The notes under the pieces were generated by a model that saw only the letters and a program-made list of their open reading frames with translations, was not told where the DNA came from and did not search any database. The position numbers and the translations under genes are program-made. This document shows positions 14,058 to 29,200 of a stretch of DNA of 64,000 nt, piece by piece; position 1 is the first letter of the stretch, and each line of letters begins with the position of its first letter. The stretch comes from the human T2T-CHM13v2.0 reference genome, Homo sapiens: the NCBI RefSeq assembly GCF_009914755.1, contig NC_060940.1; one strand, written 5' to 3'.

Positions 14058-17000
14058 TTAGATGATGATACTATTTGAGCCCATCCAATGATTCCCTTCG
14101 ATTCCATTCGATGAGGATTCCATTCGATTCAATTCTTTGGTGATTCTATTCAATTCAATTCTTTGATTCCATTCCATTCCATTCGACAAAGATTCCATTC
14201 GATTTCTTTCGATGATTCCACTCGATTCCACTTGACATTGATTCCATTCGATTCCATTCAATGATTCCATTTGATTCCAGTGGATGATGATTGCCATCGA
14301 TTCCATTCGATCACTCCATTCTATTCCATTTGATGATGATTACATTCGATTCCATTTGATGATTCCATCTGATTCTATTCGAGGATTCCATTTGATTCCA
14401 TTCGATGATGATTCCATTCGAGTCCCTTCGATGATTTCATTCAAGTACATCCAATGATTCCATTCGAGTCCATTAGATGATTCCATTTGATTCCATTTGA
14501 AAATTATTCTACTAGAGTCCATTCAATGACTCCATTCGATTCCATTCAACAATTCCATTCGACTCCATTCGATGATTCCATTCGATTCCATTTGATGGTT
14601 CCATTCGAGTCCATTTAATCATTACAGTCGAGTCCATTTGGTGATTCCACTGGATTTCTTTTGATAATGATACCATTCAATTACATTTGATGATGATCCC
14701 ATTCAATTTCATTTGATGATGATTCCATTAGAGTCCATTCGATGATTTCATTCGAGTCCCTTCATTGATTCCATCCGATTTCATTTGATGATGACTCCAT
14801 TCGAGTCCATTCGATGATTCCACTCGATTCCATTAGATGATTCCATTGGAGTCCATTTGATTGTTCCATTCGATTCCATTCGATTCCTTTCGAAGATTAT
14901 TCCATTTGAGTCCATTCGATGATGATTCCATTCCATTCCATTCGATGATTCCGTTTGATTCCATTCGATGATTCCCTTTGATTCCTTTCTGTGATGATTC
15001 CATTCCATTCCATTCAATGATTCCATTCGAATCTATTCCATGATGATTCCTTTCGATTCCATTCGCTGATGTTTCCGTTCAATTCCATTCGATGATGATT
15101 CCATTCGATTCCATTCATTGAGGATTCCATTTGATTCCATTCAATTATGATTCCATTCTATTCCATTCAATGATTGCATTCAATTCCATTCAATGATTAT
15201 CCCCTTAGAGTAAACTCAACGATTCCATTCAATACCATTCGATGATGATTCCTTTTGAGTCCATTCAATGATTTCATTCAAGTCCATTTGTTGATTCCTT
15301 TCAATTCCATTCTATGATGATTCCATTCGAGTCCATTCGATGATTCCATTCGATTGCATTCGATGATTCCATTATATTCCATTCAACGATGATTCCATTC
15401 GAGTCCATTCGATGATTCCATTAGAGTACATTTAATGATTGCTTTGTTTTCAATTCTAAGATGATTACATTGGATTCCATTCTATGATACCATTCGATTC
15501 CATTCAATGATTATTCCACTCAAATCCATTGGATGATTCCATTCGTGTCCATTCGGTGATTTCATTAGATTCCATTCGAGGATGATTCCATTCGATTCCA
15601 TTCGATGATTCCATTCAATTCCATTCGATGATGATTCCATTCCAGTCCATATGATCATTCCATTTGATTTCATTCGATGATGATTCCATTCGATTCCATT
15701 CGATGATTCCATTCTATTCCATTCGATGATGATTCCATTCGAGTCCATTCGATGATTCCATTCGAGTCCATTTAATGATTCCATTGGGTTCAATTCAATG
15801 ATGATTACATTGGATTCCGTTCTATGATTCCATTCAATTCCGTTCATTGACAATTTGATTCCATTCGATGATGATCCCATTTGAGTTCATTCGATGATTC
15901 TATTCGATTCTCTTCGATGGTGATTCAATTCTATTATATTGGATGATTCCATTCGATTCCATTTGATGTTGATTCAATTCGATTCTATTCGATGATGATT
16001 CCATTGGATTTCACTTGATGATTCTATTCGATTCCATTCAATGATGATTCACTTCTCGTCCATTGGATGATTCCATTTCATTCCATTCGATGATGATTCC
16101 ATTCGATTCCATTCGATGATTCCATTTGATTCCATGCGACGGTGAGCAATTCGATTCAATTCTATGATGATTCTATTTGATTCAATTAGATGATATTTCC
16201 ATTCGAATCCATTCCATGATTATTCCATTGGAATCCATTCGGCGATGATTCCATATGAGTGAATTCAATGATGATTCCATATGGGTCCGTTCGATGATAA
16301 TTCCATTTGATTTCATTCGATGCTTCTATTCTATTCCAGTCGATGATGATTCCGTTGGAGTCCATACGATGATTCCATTTGATTTCATTTGATGATGATT
16401 CCATTCGATGATGATTACATTGGATTCCATTCTATGATTCCATTCAATTCCATTCGTTGATGATTCGATTCCATTCAATGATGATTCCATTTGAGTTCAT
16501 TCGATGATTCTATTCGATTCCGTTCGATGGTGATTCAATTCTCTTATATTGGATGATTCCACTCGATTCCATTTGATGATTATTCCATTGGAGTCCACTT
16601 AGTGAATCCTTTAGATTCTACTCGACGATGATTCCATTCGAGTCCATTCGATGATACCATTCAATTCCATTCGTTGATGCTTCCATTCAAGTGCATTCGA
16701 TGATATCATTCGATTCCATTTGATGATAATTCCATTTGATTCCATGCGATGATTCTATTCGATTCCATTCAATGATAATTCCATTCAATTCAGTGATTCC
16801 TCTGGACTCCATTTGATGATGATTCCATTCAATGATTCCATTCGATTCTATTCGAAAATGATTCCATTTGAATCCATTTGATGATGATTCCATTAGATTC
16901 CATTCGATGATTCCATTCGATTCCATTCGACAATGATTCCATTCGATTCCGTTTGATGATTCCATTCTATTCTATTCGATGATGATTCCATTCGATTCCA

Positions 17001-20000
17001 TTCGATGATGATTGGATTCGATTCCATTTGATGATTTCATTTGATTCCATTCGTTAATGATTTCGATCAATTCCATTCGATGATTCCATTCGATTCCATT
17101 CGATAATGATTACATCCGAGTCCATTCAATGATTCCATTGGAGCCCGTTCGATAATTCCATTTGAGTCCAACCTATGATTCCATTCATTTCCATTCAATG
17201 ATTCCATTCGAGTCCATTTGATCATTCCGGTAGGGTCCATTCGATGTTGATTCCATTGGAGTGCATTCGATGATTCCATTCGAGTCCATTTTAGGATTTG
17301 ATTCGAGTCCTTTCGATGATTCCATTCGATTCCACTCGATGATGATTTCATTCGAGTCCATTCGACACTTCCAATCGATTCCATTTGATGATTCCATTCG
17401 AGTCCAATTGATGATTCCATTCAATTCCATTCGATGATGATTCCGTACGATTCCATTCTGTGATGATTCCATGTGATTGCATTCAATGATGATTCCTTTC
17501 GATTGCATTCGATTATGATTCATTTCGTGTTCATTCTATGGTTCCACAGGTTTCCATTCGTGTCCATTCCATTATTCCATTCTATTCCATTTGATGATGA
17601 TTCCATTCGATTCCATTCATTGGTGATTCCACTCAATTCCATTCAATGATTCCATTCCATTTCTTTCAACAATGATTCCATTAGTTTCTAATCGATGATC
17701 CACTTGATTCCATTTGACGACGATTCCATTCTTGTCCATTCGATGATTCCATTTGATTCCATATGATGATGATTCCATTCGATTCCATACCATGATGATT
17801 CCATTCGAGTCCATTCAATGGTGATTCCATTCAATTCCATTCGATGATTCCTTTTGATTCCATTCGATGATGATGGCATTCGATTCCTTTCAATCATTCC
17901 CTTTGATTCCATTCAAAGGTGATTTCATTCAAGTCCATTCGATAATTGCATTCGATTCCATTCTATGATGATTCCATTCGAGTCCATTTGATGATTCCAT
18001 TCAATTCAAGTCAATGATGATTCCATTCGATTCCATTCGATGATTTCATGGGATTCCATTCGATGATGATTCCATTCAAATCCATTCGATAATTCAATTC
18101 AAGTCCATTCGATGATGATTCCAATCGAATCCATTCAAAGATTCCATTCAGTTCCATTCGATGATTCCCTTAGATTCCATTCGATGATTCCACTTGATTG
18201 CATTTACGATGATTCCATTCGATTCCATGTGATGATTCCATTCAATTCTATTCAATGATGTCTCCATTTGATTCCATTCGACCATGATTGCCTTTGATTC
18301 CATTCAATGATTCCATTCGGTTCCGTTTGATGATGATTCCGTTCGATTCCATTTGATGATTCCATTTGATTCCATTGGATGAGTCCATTCGATTACATTC
18401 GATGATTATTCCATTCGAGTGCATTAGATGATTCCATTCGAGTCCATTCGATGATTCCATTCGATTCCATTCGATGTTGATTCTGTTCAAATCCATTCGA
18501 TGATTCCACTCGATTCCATTCGTTGACTCCATTTGATCCCATTCGATGATTTCCTTTGATTCCCTTTGATGATCATTCCATTTGATTCAATTCGGTGATT
18601 TCATTTGATTCCATTCAGTGATGTTTCCATTCGACTCCATTCGATGATGATTCCATTCGACTCCATTCGATTATGATTTCATTCAATTCCATTCGATAAT
18701 GATTCCCTTCGAGTCCATTCGATGATTCCATTCGATTCCATTCAACGATGATTTGATTCGTGTCCATTCGATGATTCCATTTGATTCCACTTGATGATGA
18801 TTCCATTCGAGTCCATTTGATGATTCCATTCAATTCCATACTCCGATGATTTCTTTTGAGCCCACTCAATGCTTCCACTCGATTCCATATGATGATGACT
18901 CCATTCGATGAAATTCGATGATGATTCCATTCGCTTGCTTCGATGATGATTCCACTTGAGTCCGTTAGAAGATTCTATTCAATTACATTCCATGACGATT
19001 CCGTTCGAGTCCATTTGATGATTCCATTAGACTCCATTCGACGATGATTCCATTCGATGTTATTCCATGATTCCATTCGATCTCATTCGATGATGATTCC
19101 ATTCAACTCCATTCGATGTTTCCATTCGAGTTCATTCTATTATTCCATTAGATTCCATTCGATGATGATTCCATTCGATTCCATTTGACGATTGCATTCT
19201 ATTTCATTTGATGATGATTCCATTCGAGTCCACTCGATGATTCCATTCGAGTCCATTTAATGAATACATTGGTTTCAATTCTATGATGATTACATTGGAT
19301 TCCATTCGTTGATGATTTCATTCGGCTCCATTCAATGATGATTCCATTCAATTCCTTTCAATGTTTCCATTCAATTCCATACGATGATGATTCCATTTGA
19401 TTCGATTCGACAGTGAGCCATTCGATTCAATTCCATGATGATTCTATTTGATTCAATTGGTTGACATTTCCATTCGATTCCATTCGATGATGATTCCCTT
19501 TGATTCCGTTCAAAGATGATTCCATTCTAGCCCATTCAATCATTCCATTCGATTCTATTCAATGATGAATCCATTCATGTCGATTTGGTGATTCCATTTG
19601 ACTTCATTTGATGATGATTCCTTTCAAGTTCATTAGATGATTCCATTCGATTCCATTTGATGATGATCCCTTTCGAGTCCATTCAGTGATTCCATTCGTT
19701 TCCATTCCATGATGATTCCATTCCTTTCCATTCAATGATTCCATTCGATTTCGTTTGATGATGATTTCATTCGAGTCCATTTGATGATTCCATTTGATTC
19801 CATTCGATGATGATTCCATTCGAGTCCATTCGATGATTCTATTCGAATCCATTTGATGATTTCTTTTGATTATATTTGGTGATGATTCCATTGGAGTCCA
19901 TTCAATGATTCCATTCTATTCCAATCGATGATGATTCCATTAGAGTCCATTTAATGATTCCATTTGATTCCAGTCTCTGATGATTACATTCGAGTCCATA

Positions 20001-20194
20001 CGATGATTCCACTCAATTCCATATGATGATGATTCCATTTGATTCCATTCGGTGATTCCATTCTATTCTAATCAATGGTGATTCCATTCTATTCTATTCA
20101 ATGGTGATTCCATTCGAGTACATTAGATGATTCCATTCGATTCCATTCAATGATGATTCTATTTGTGTCCCTTAGATGATTCCACATGATTCCA
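14058..20194 (+). repeat. HOR unit, 6137 bp (transitional type)
   Basis: Length is 6112 + 26 (duplication at 20051-20102) - 1 (GCTTGCTTCG at ~18940). It keeps the 52-bp segment with GAGGATTCC, as the edge copies do. Confidence 0.9.
20051..20102 (+). repeat. 26-bp tandem duplication
   Basis: GGTGATTCCATTCTATTCTAATCAAT is followed by GGTGATTCCATTCTATTCTATTCAAT. Other units have a single copy. Confidence 0.9.
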
Positions 20195-23100
20195 TTAGAT
20201 GATGATACTATTTGAGCCCATCCAATGATTCCCTTCGATTCCATTCGATGAGGATTCCATTCGATTCAATTCATTGGTGATTCTATTCAATTCAATTCTT
20301 TGATTCCATTCCATTCCATTCGACAATGATTCCATTCGATTTCTTTCGATGATTCCACTCGATTCCACTTGACATTGATTCCATTCGATTCCATTCCATG
20401 ATTCCATTTGATTCCAGTGGATGATGATTGCCATCGATTCCATTCGATCACTCCATTCTATTCCATTTGATGATGATTACATTCGATTCCATTTGATGAT
20501 TCCATCTGATTCTATTCGAGGATTCCATTTGATTCCATTCGATGATGATTCCATTCGAGTCCATTCGATGATTTCATTCCAGTACATCCAATGATTCCAT
20601 TCGAGTCCATTAGATGATTCCATTTGATTCCATTTGAAAATGATTCTACTAGAGTCCATTCAATGACTCCATTCGAGTCCATTCAACAATTCCATTCGAC
20701 TCCATTCGATAATTCCATTCGATTCCATTTGATGATTCCATTCGAGTCCATTTAATCATTACAGTCGAGTCCATTTGGTGATTCCACTGGATTTCTTTTG
20801 ATAATGATACCATTCAATTACATTTGATGATGATCCCATTCAATTTCATTTGATGATGATTCCATTAGAGTCCATTCGATGATTTCATTCGAGTCCCTTC
20901 ATTGATTCCATCCGATTTCATTGGATGATGACTCCATTCGAGTCCATTCGATGATTCCACTCGATTCCATTAGATGACTCCATTGGAGTCCATTTGATTG
21001 TTCCATTCGATTCCATTCGATTCCTTTCGAAGATTATTCCATTTGAGTCCATTCGATGATGATTCCATTCCATTCCATTCGATGATTCCGTTTGATTCCA
21101 TTCGATGATTCCCTTCGATTCCTTTCTTTGATGATTCCATTCCATTCCATTCAATGATTCCATTCGAATCTATTCCATGATGATTCCTTTCGATTCCATT
21201 CGCTGATGTTTCCGTTCAATTCCATTCGATGATGATTCCATTCGATTCCATTCAATGATTGCATTCAATTCCATTCAATGATTATCCCATTAGAGTAAAC
21301 TCAACGATTCCATTCAATACCATTCGATGATGATTCCTTTTGAGTCCATTCAATGATTTCATTCAAGTCCATTTGATGATTCCTTTCAATTCCATTCTAT
21401 GATGATTCCATTCGAGTCCATTCGATGATTCCATTCGATTGCATTCGATGATTCCATTATATTCCATTCAATGGTGTTTCCATTCGAGTCCATTCCATGA
21501 TTCCATTAGAGTACATTTAATGATTGCTTTGTTTTCAATTCGAAGATGATTACATTGGATTCCATTCTATGATACCATTCGATTCCATTCAATGATGATT
21601 CCACTCAAATCCATTGGATGATTCCATTCGTGTCCATTCGGTGATTTCATTAGATTCCATTCGAGGATGATTCCATTCGATTCCATTCGATGATTCCATT
21701 CAATTCCATTCGATGATGATTCCATTCCAGTCCATATGATCATTCCATTTGATTTCATTCGATGATGATTCCATTCGATTCCATTCGACGATTCCATTCT
21801 ATTCCATTCGATGATGATTCCATTCGAGTCCATTCGATGATTCCATTCGAGTCCATTTAATGATTCCATTGGGTTCAATTCAATGATGATTACATTGGAT
21901 TCCGTTCTATGATTCCATTCAATTCCGTTCATTGACAATTTGATTCCATTCGATGATGATTCCATTTGAGTTCATTCGATGATTCTATTCGATTCTCTTC
22001 GATGGTGATTCAATTCTATTATATTGGATGATTCCATTCGATTCCATTTGATGTTGATTCAATTCGATTCTATTCGATGATGATTCCATTGGATTTCACT
22101 TGATGATTCTATTCGATTCCATTCAATGATGATTCACTTCTCGTCCATTGGATGATTCCATTTCATTCCATTCGATGATGATTCCATTCGATTCCATTCG
22201 ATGATTCCATTTGATTCCATGCGACGGTGAGCAATTCGATTCAATTCCATGATGATTCTATTTGATTCAATTAGATGATGTTTCCATTCGAATCCATTCC
22301 ATGATTATTCCATTGGAATCCATTCGGCGATGATTCCATATGAGTCAATTCAATGATGATTCCATATGGGTCCGTTCGATGATAATTCCATTTGATTTCA
22401 TTCGATGCTTCTATTCTATTCCAGTCGATGATGATTCCGTTGGTGTCCATACGATGATTCCATTTGATTTCATTTGATGATGATTCCATTCGATGATGAT
22501 TACATTGGATTCCATTCTATGATTCCATTCAATTCCATTCGTTGATGATTCGATTCCATTCAATGATGATTCCATTTGAGTTCATTCGATGATTCTATTC
22601 GATTCCGTTCGATGGTGATTCAATTCTATTATATTGGATGATTCCACTCGATTCCATTTGATGATTATTCCATTGGAGTCCACTTAGTGAATCCTTTAGA
22701 TTCTACTCGACGATGATTCCATTCGAGTCCATTCGATGATACCATTCAATTCCATTCGTTGATGCTTCCATTCAAGTGCATTCGATGATATCATTCGATT
22801 CCATTTGATGATAATTCCATTTGATTCCATGCGATGATTCTATTCGATTCCATTCAATGATAATTCCATTCAATTCAGTGATTCCTCTGGACTCCATTTG
22901 ATGATGATTCCATTCAATGATTCCATTCGATTCTATTCGAAAATGATTCCATTTGAATCCATTTGATGATGATTCCATTAGATTCCATTTGATGATTCCA
23001 TTCGATTCCATTCGACGATGATTCCATTCGATTCCGTTTGATGATTCCATTCTATTCTATTCGATGATGATTCCATTCGATTCCATTCGATGATGATTGG

Positions 23101-26100
23101 ATTCGATTCCATTTGATGATTTCATTTGATTCCATTCGTTAATGATTTCGATCAATTCCATTCGATGATTCCATTCGATTCCATTCGATAATGATTACAT
23201 CCGAGTCCATTCGATGATTCCCTTTGAGCCTGTTCGATAATTCCATTTGAGTCCAACCAATGATTCCATTCATTTCCATTCAATGATTCCATTCGAGTCC
23301 ATTTGATCATTCCGGTAGGGTCCATTCGATGTTGATTCCATTGGAGTGCATTCGATGATTCCATTCGAGTCCATTTTAGGATTTGATTCGAGTCCTTTCG
23401 ACGATTCCATTCGATTCCACTCGATGATGATTTCATTCGAGTCCATTCGACACTTCCAATCGATTCCATTTGATGATTCCATTCGAGTCCAATTGATGAT
23501 TCCATTCAATTCCATTCGATGATGATTCCGTACGATTCCATTCTGTGATGATTCCATGTGATTGCATTCAATGATGATTCCTTTCGATTGCATTCGATTA
23601 TGATTCATTTCGTGTTCATTCTATGGTTCCACAGGTTTCCATTCGTGTCCATTCCATTATTCCATTCTATTCCATTTGATGATGATTCCATTCGATTCCA
23701 TTCATTGGTGATTCCACTCAATTCCATTCAATGATTCCATTCCATTTCTTTCAACAATGATTCCATTAGTTTCTAATCGATGATCCACTTGATTCCATTT
23801 GACGACGATTCCATTCTTGTCCATTCGATGATTCCATTTGATTCCATATGATGATGATTCCATTCGATTCCATACCATGATGATTCCATTCGAGTCCATT
23901 CAATGGTGATTCCATTCAATTCCATTCGATGATTCCTTTTGATTCCATTCGATGATGATGGCATTCGATTCCTTTCAATCATTCCCTTTGATTCCATTCA
24001 AAGGTGATTTCATTCAAGTCCATTCGATAATTGCATTCGATTCCATTCTATGATGATTCCATTCGAGTCCATTTGATGATTCCATTCAATTCAAGTCAAT
24101 GATGATTCCATTCGATTCCATTCGATGATTCCATTGGATTCCATTCGATGATGATTCCATTCAAATCCATTCGATAATTCAATTCAAGTCCATTCGATGA
24201 TGATTCCAATCGAATCCATTCAAAGATTCCATTCAGTTCCATTCGATGATTCCCTTAGATTCCATTCGATGATTCCACTTGATTGCATTTACGATGATTC
24301 CATTCGATTCCATGTGATGATTCCATTCAATTCTATTCAATGATGTCTCCATTTGATTCCATTCGACCATGATTGCCTTTGATTCCATTCAATGATTCCA
24401 TTCGGTTCCGTTTGATGATGATTCCGTTCGATTCCATTTGATGATTCCATTTGATTCCATTGGATGAGTCCATTCGATTACATTCGATGATTATTCCATT
24501 CGAGTGCATTAGATGATTCCATTCGAGTCCATTCGATGATTCCATTCGATTCCATTCAATGTTGATTCTGTTCAAATCCATTCGATGATTCCACTCGATT
24601 CCATTCGTTGACTCCATTTGATCCCATTCGATGATTTCCTTTGATTCCCTTTGATGATCATTCCATTTGATTCAATTCGGTGATTTCATTTGATTCCATT
24701 CAGTGATGTTTCCATTCGACTCCATTCGATGATGATTCCATTCGACTCCATTCGATTATGATTTCATTCAATTCCATTCGATAATGATTCCCTTCGAGTC
24801 CATTCGATGATTCCATTCGATTCCATTCAACGATGATTTGATTCGTGTCCATTCGATGATTCCATTTGATTCCACTTGATGATGATTCCATTCGAGTCCA
24901 TTTGATGATTCCATTCAATTCCATACTCCGATGATTTCTTTTGAGCCCACTCAATGCTTCCACTCGATTCCATATGATGATGACTCCATTCGATGAAATT
25001 CGATGATGATTCCATTCGCTTGCTTTCGATGATGATTCCACTTGAGTCCGTTAGAAGATTCTATTCAATTACATTCCATGACGATTCCGTTCGAGTCCAT
25101 TTGATGATTCCATTAGACTCCATTCGACGATGATTCCATTCGATGTTATTCGATGATTCCATTCGATCTCATTCGATGATGATTCCATTCAACTCCATTC
25201 GATGTTTCCATTCGAGTTCATTCTATTATTCCATTAGATTCCATTCGATGATGATTCCATTCGATTCCATTTGATGATTGCATTCTATTTCATTTGATGA
25301 TGATTCCATTCGAGTCCACTCGATGATTCCATTCGAGTCCATTTAATGAATCCATTGGTTTCAATTCTATGATGATTACATTGGATTCCATTCGTTGATG
25401 ATTTCATTCGGTTCCATTCAATGATGATTCCATTCAATTCCTTTCAATGTTTCCATTCAATTCCATACGATGATGATTCCATTTGATTTGATTCGACAGT
25501 GAGCCATTCGATTCAATTCCATGATGATTCTATTTGATTCAATTGGTTGACATTTCCTTTCGATTCCATTCGATGATGATTCCCTTTGATTCCGTTCAAA
25601 GATGATTCCATTCTAGCCCATTCAATCATTCCATTCGATTCTATTCAATGATGATTCCATTCATGTCGATTTGGTGATTCCATTTGACTTCATTTGATGA
25701 TGATTCCTTTCAAGTTCATTAGATGATTCCATTCGATTCCATTTGATGATGATCCCATTCGAGTCCATTCAGTGATTCCATTCGTTTCCATTCCATGATG
25801 ATTCCATTCCTTTCCATTCAATGATTCCATTCGATTCCGTTTGATGATGATTTCATTCGAGTCCATTTGATGATTCCATTTGATTCCATTCGATGATGAT
25901 TCCATTCGAGTCCATTCGATGATTCTATTCGAATCCATTTGATGATTTCTTTTGATTATATTTGGTGATGATTCCATTGGAGTCCATTCAATGATTCCAT
26001 TCTATTCCAATCGATGATGATTCCATTAGAGTCCATTTAATGATTCCATTTGATTCCAGTCTCTGATGATTACATTCGAGTCCATACGATGATTCCACTC

Positions 26101-26254
26101 AATTCCATATGATGATGATTCCATTTGATTCCATTCGGTGATTCCATTCTATTCTATTCAATGGTGATTCCATTCGAGTACATTAGATGATTCCATTCGA
26201 TTCCATTCAATGATGATTCTATTTGTGTCCCTTAGATGATTCCACATGATTCCA
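20195..26254 (+). repeat. HOR unit, 6060 bp (type A)
   Basis: Lacks the 52-bp CATTGAGG.. segment at ~21250. Carries type-A markers TTGGTGTCCATAC (~22440) and CCTTTCGACGATT (~23395). Confidence 0.9.
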
Positions 26255-29200
26255 TTAGATGATGATACTATTTGAGCCCATCCAATGATTCCCTTCGATT
26301 CCATTCGATGAGGATTCCATTCGATTCAATTCATTGGTGATTCTATTCAATTCAATTCTTTGATTCCATTCCATTCCATTCGACAATGATTCCATTCGAT
26401 TTCTTTCGATGATTCCACTCGATTCCACTTGACATTGATTCCATTCGATTCCATTCAATGATTCCATTTGATTCCAGTGGATGATGATTGCCATCGATTC
26501 CATTCGATCACTCCATTCTATTCCATTTGATGATGATTACATTCGATTCCATTTGATGATTCCATCTGATTCTATTCGAGGATTCCATTTGATTCCATTC
26601 GATGATGATTCCATTCGAGTCCATTCGATGATTTCATTCCAGTACATCCAATGATTCCATTCGAGTCCATTAGATGATTCCATTTGATTCCATTTGAAAA
26701 TGATTCTACTAGAGTCCATTCAAAGACTCCATTCGAGTCCATTCAACAATTCCATTCGACTCCATTCGATGATTCCATTCGATTCCATTTGATGGTTCCA
26801 TTCGAGTCCATTTAATCATTACAGTCGAGTCCATTTGGTGATTCCACTGGATTTCTTTTGATAATGATACCATTCAATTACATTTGATGATGATCCCATT
26901 CAACTTCATTTGATGATGATTCCATTAGAGTCCATTCGATGATTTCATTCGAGTCCCTTCATTGATTCCATCCGATTTCATTGGATGATGACTCCATTCG
27001 AGTCCATTCGATGATTCCACTCGATTCCATTAGATGACTCCATTGGAGTCCATTTGATTGTTCCATTCGATTCCATTCGATTCCTTTCGAAGATTATTCC
27101 ATTTGAGTCCATTCGATGATGATTCCATTCCATTCCATTCGATGATTCCGTTTGATTCCATTCGATGATTCCCTTCGATTCCTTTCTTTGATGATTCCAT
27201 TCCATTCCATTCAATGATTCCATTCGAATCTATTCCATGATGATTCCTTTCGATTCCATTCGCTGATGTTTCCGTTCAATTCCATTCGATGATGATTCCA
27301 TTCGATTCCATTCAATGATTGCATTCAATTCCATTCAATGATTATCCCATTAGAGTAAACTCAACGATTCCATTCAATACCATTCGATGATGATTCCTTT
27401 TGAGTCCATTCAATGATTTCATTCAAGTCCATTTGATGATTCCTTTCAATTGCATTCTATGATGATTCCATTCGAGTCCATTCGATGATTCCATTCGATT
27501 GCATTCGATGATTCCATTATATTCCATTCAACGGTGTTTCCATTCGAGTCCATTCCATGATTCCATTAGAGTACATTTAATGATTGCTTTGTTTTCAATT
27601 CGAAGATGATTACATTGGATTCCATTCTATGATACCATTCGATTCCATTCAATGATGATTCCACTCAAATCCATTGGATGATTCCATTCGTGTCCATTCG
27701 GTGATTTCATTAGATTCCATTCGAGGATGATTCCATTCGATTCCATTCGATGATTCCATTCAATTCCATTCGATGATGATTCCATTCCAGTCCATATGAT
27801 CATTCCATTTGATTTCATTCGATGATGATTCCATTCGATTCCATTCGACGATTCCATTCTATTCCATTCGATGATGATTCCATTCGATTCCATTCGATGA
27901 TTCCATTCAATTCCATTCGATGATGATTCCATTCCAGTCCATATGATCATTCCATTTGATTTCATTCGATGATGATTCCATTCGATTCCATTCGACGATT
28001 CCATTCTATTCCATTCGATGATGATTCCATTCGAGTCCATTCGATCATTCCATTCGAGTCCATTTAATGATTCCATTGGGTTCAATTCAATGATGATTAC
28101 ATTGGATTCCGTTCTATGATTCCATTCAATTCCGTTCATTGACAATTTGATTCCATTCGATGATGATTCCATTTGAGTTCATTCGATGATTCTATTCGAT
28201 TCTCTTCGATGGTGATTCAATTCTATTATATTGGATGATTCCATTCGATTCCATTTGATGTTGATTCAATTCGATTCTATTCGATGATGATTCCATTGGA
28301 TTTCACTTGATGATTCTATTCGATTCCATTCAATGATGATTCACTTCTCGTCCATTGGATGATTCCATTTCATTCCATTCGATGATGATTCCATTCGATT
28401 CCATTCGATGATTCCATTTGATTCCATGCGACGGTGAGCAATTCGATTCAATTCCATGATGATTCTATTTGATTCAATTAGATGATGTTTCCATTCGAAT
28501 CCATTCCATGATTATTCCATTGGAATCCATTCGGCGATGATTCCATATGAGTCAATTCAATGATGATTCCATATGGGTCCGTTCGATGATAATTCCATTT
28601 GATTTCATTCGATGCTTCTATTCTATTCCAGTCGATGATGATTCCGTTGGTGTCCATACGATGATTCCATTTGATTTCATTTGATGATGATTCCATTCGA
28701 TGATGATTACATTGGATTCCATTCTATGATTCCATTCAATTCCATTCGTTGATGATTCGATTCCATTCAATGATGATTCCATTTGAGTTCATTCGATGAT
28801 TCTATTCGATTCCGTTCGATGGTGATTCAATTCTATTATATTGGATGATTCCACTCGATTCCATTTGATGATTATTCCATTGGAGTCCACTTAGTGAATC
28901 CTTTAGATTCTACTCGACGATGATTCCATTCGAGTCCATTCGATGATACCATTCAATTCCATTCGTTGATGCTTCCATTCAAGTGCATTCGATGATATCA
29001 TTCGATTCCATTTGATGATAATTCCATTTGATTCCATGCGATGATTCTATTCGATTCCATTCAATGATAATTCCATTCAATTCAGTGATTCCTCTGGACT
29101 CCATTTGATGATGATTCCATTCAATGATTCCATTCGATTCTATTCGAAAATGATTCCATTTGAATCCATTTGATGATGATTCCATTAGATTCCATTTGAT

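Noticed and set aside
27728-28033. 147-bp duplication equals nucleosome core length
   Set aside because: 147 = 3x(23+26), which the sub-unit structure already explains. A single event cannot support a nucleosome link.
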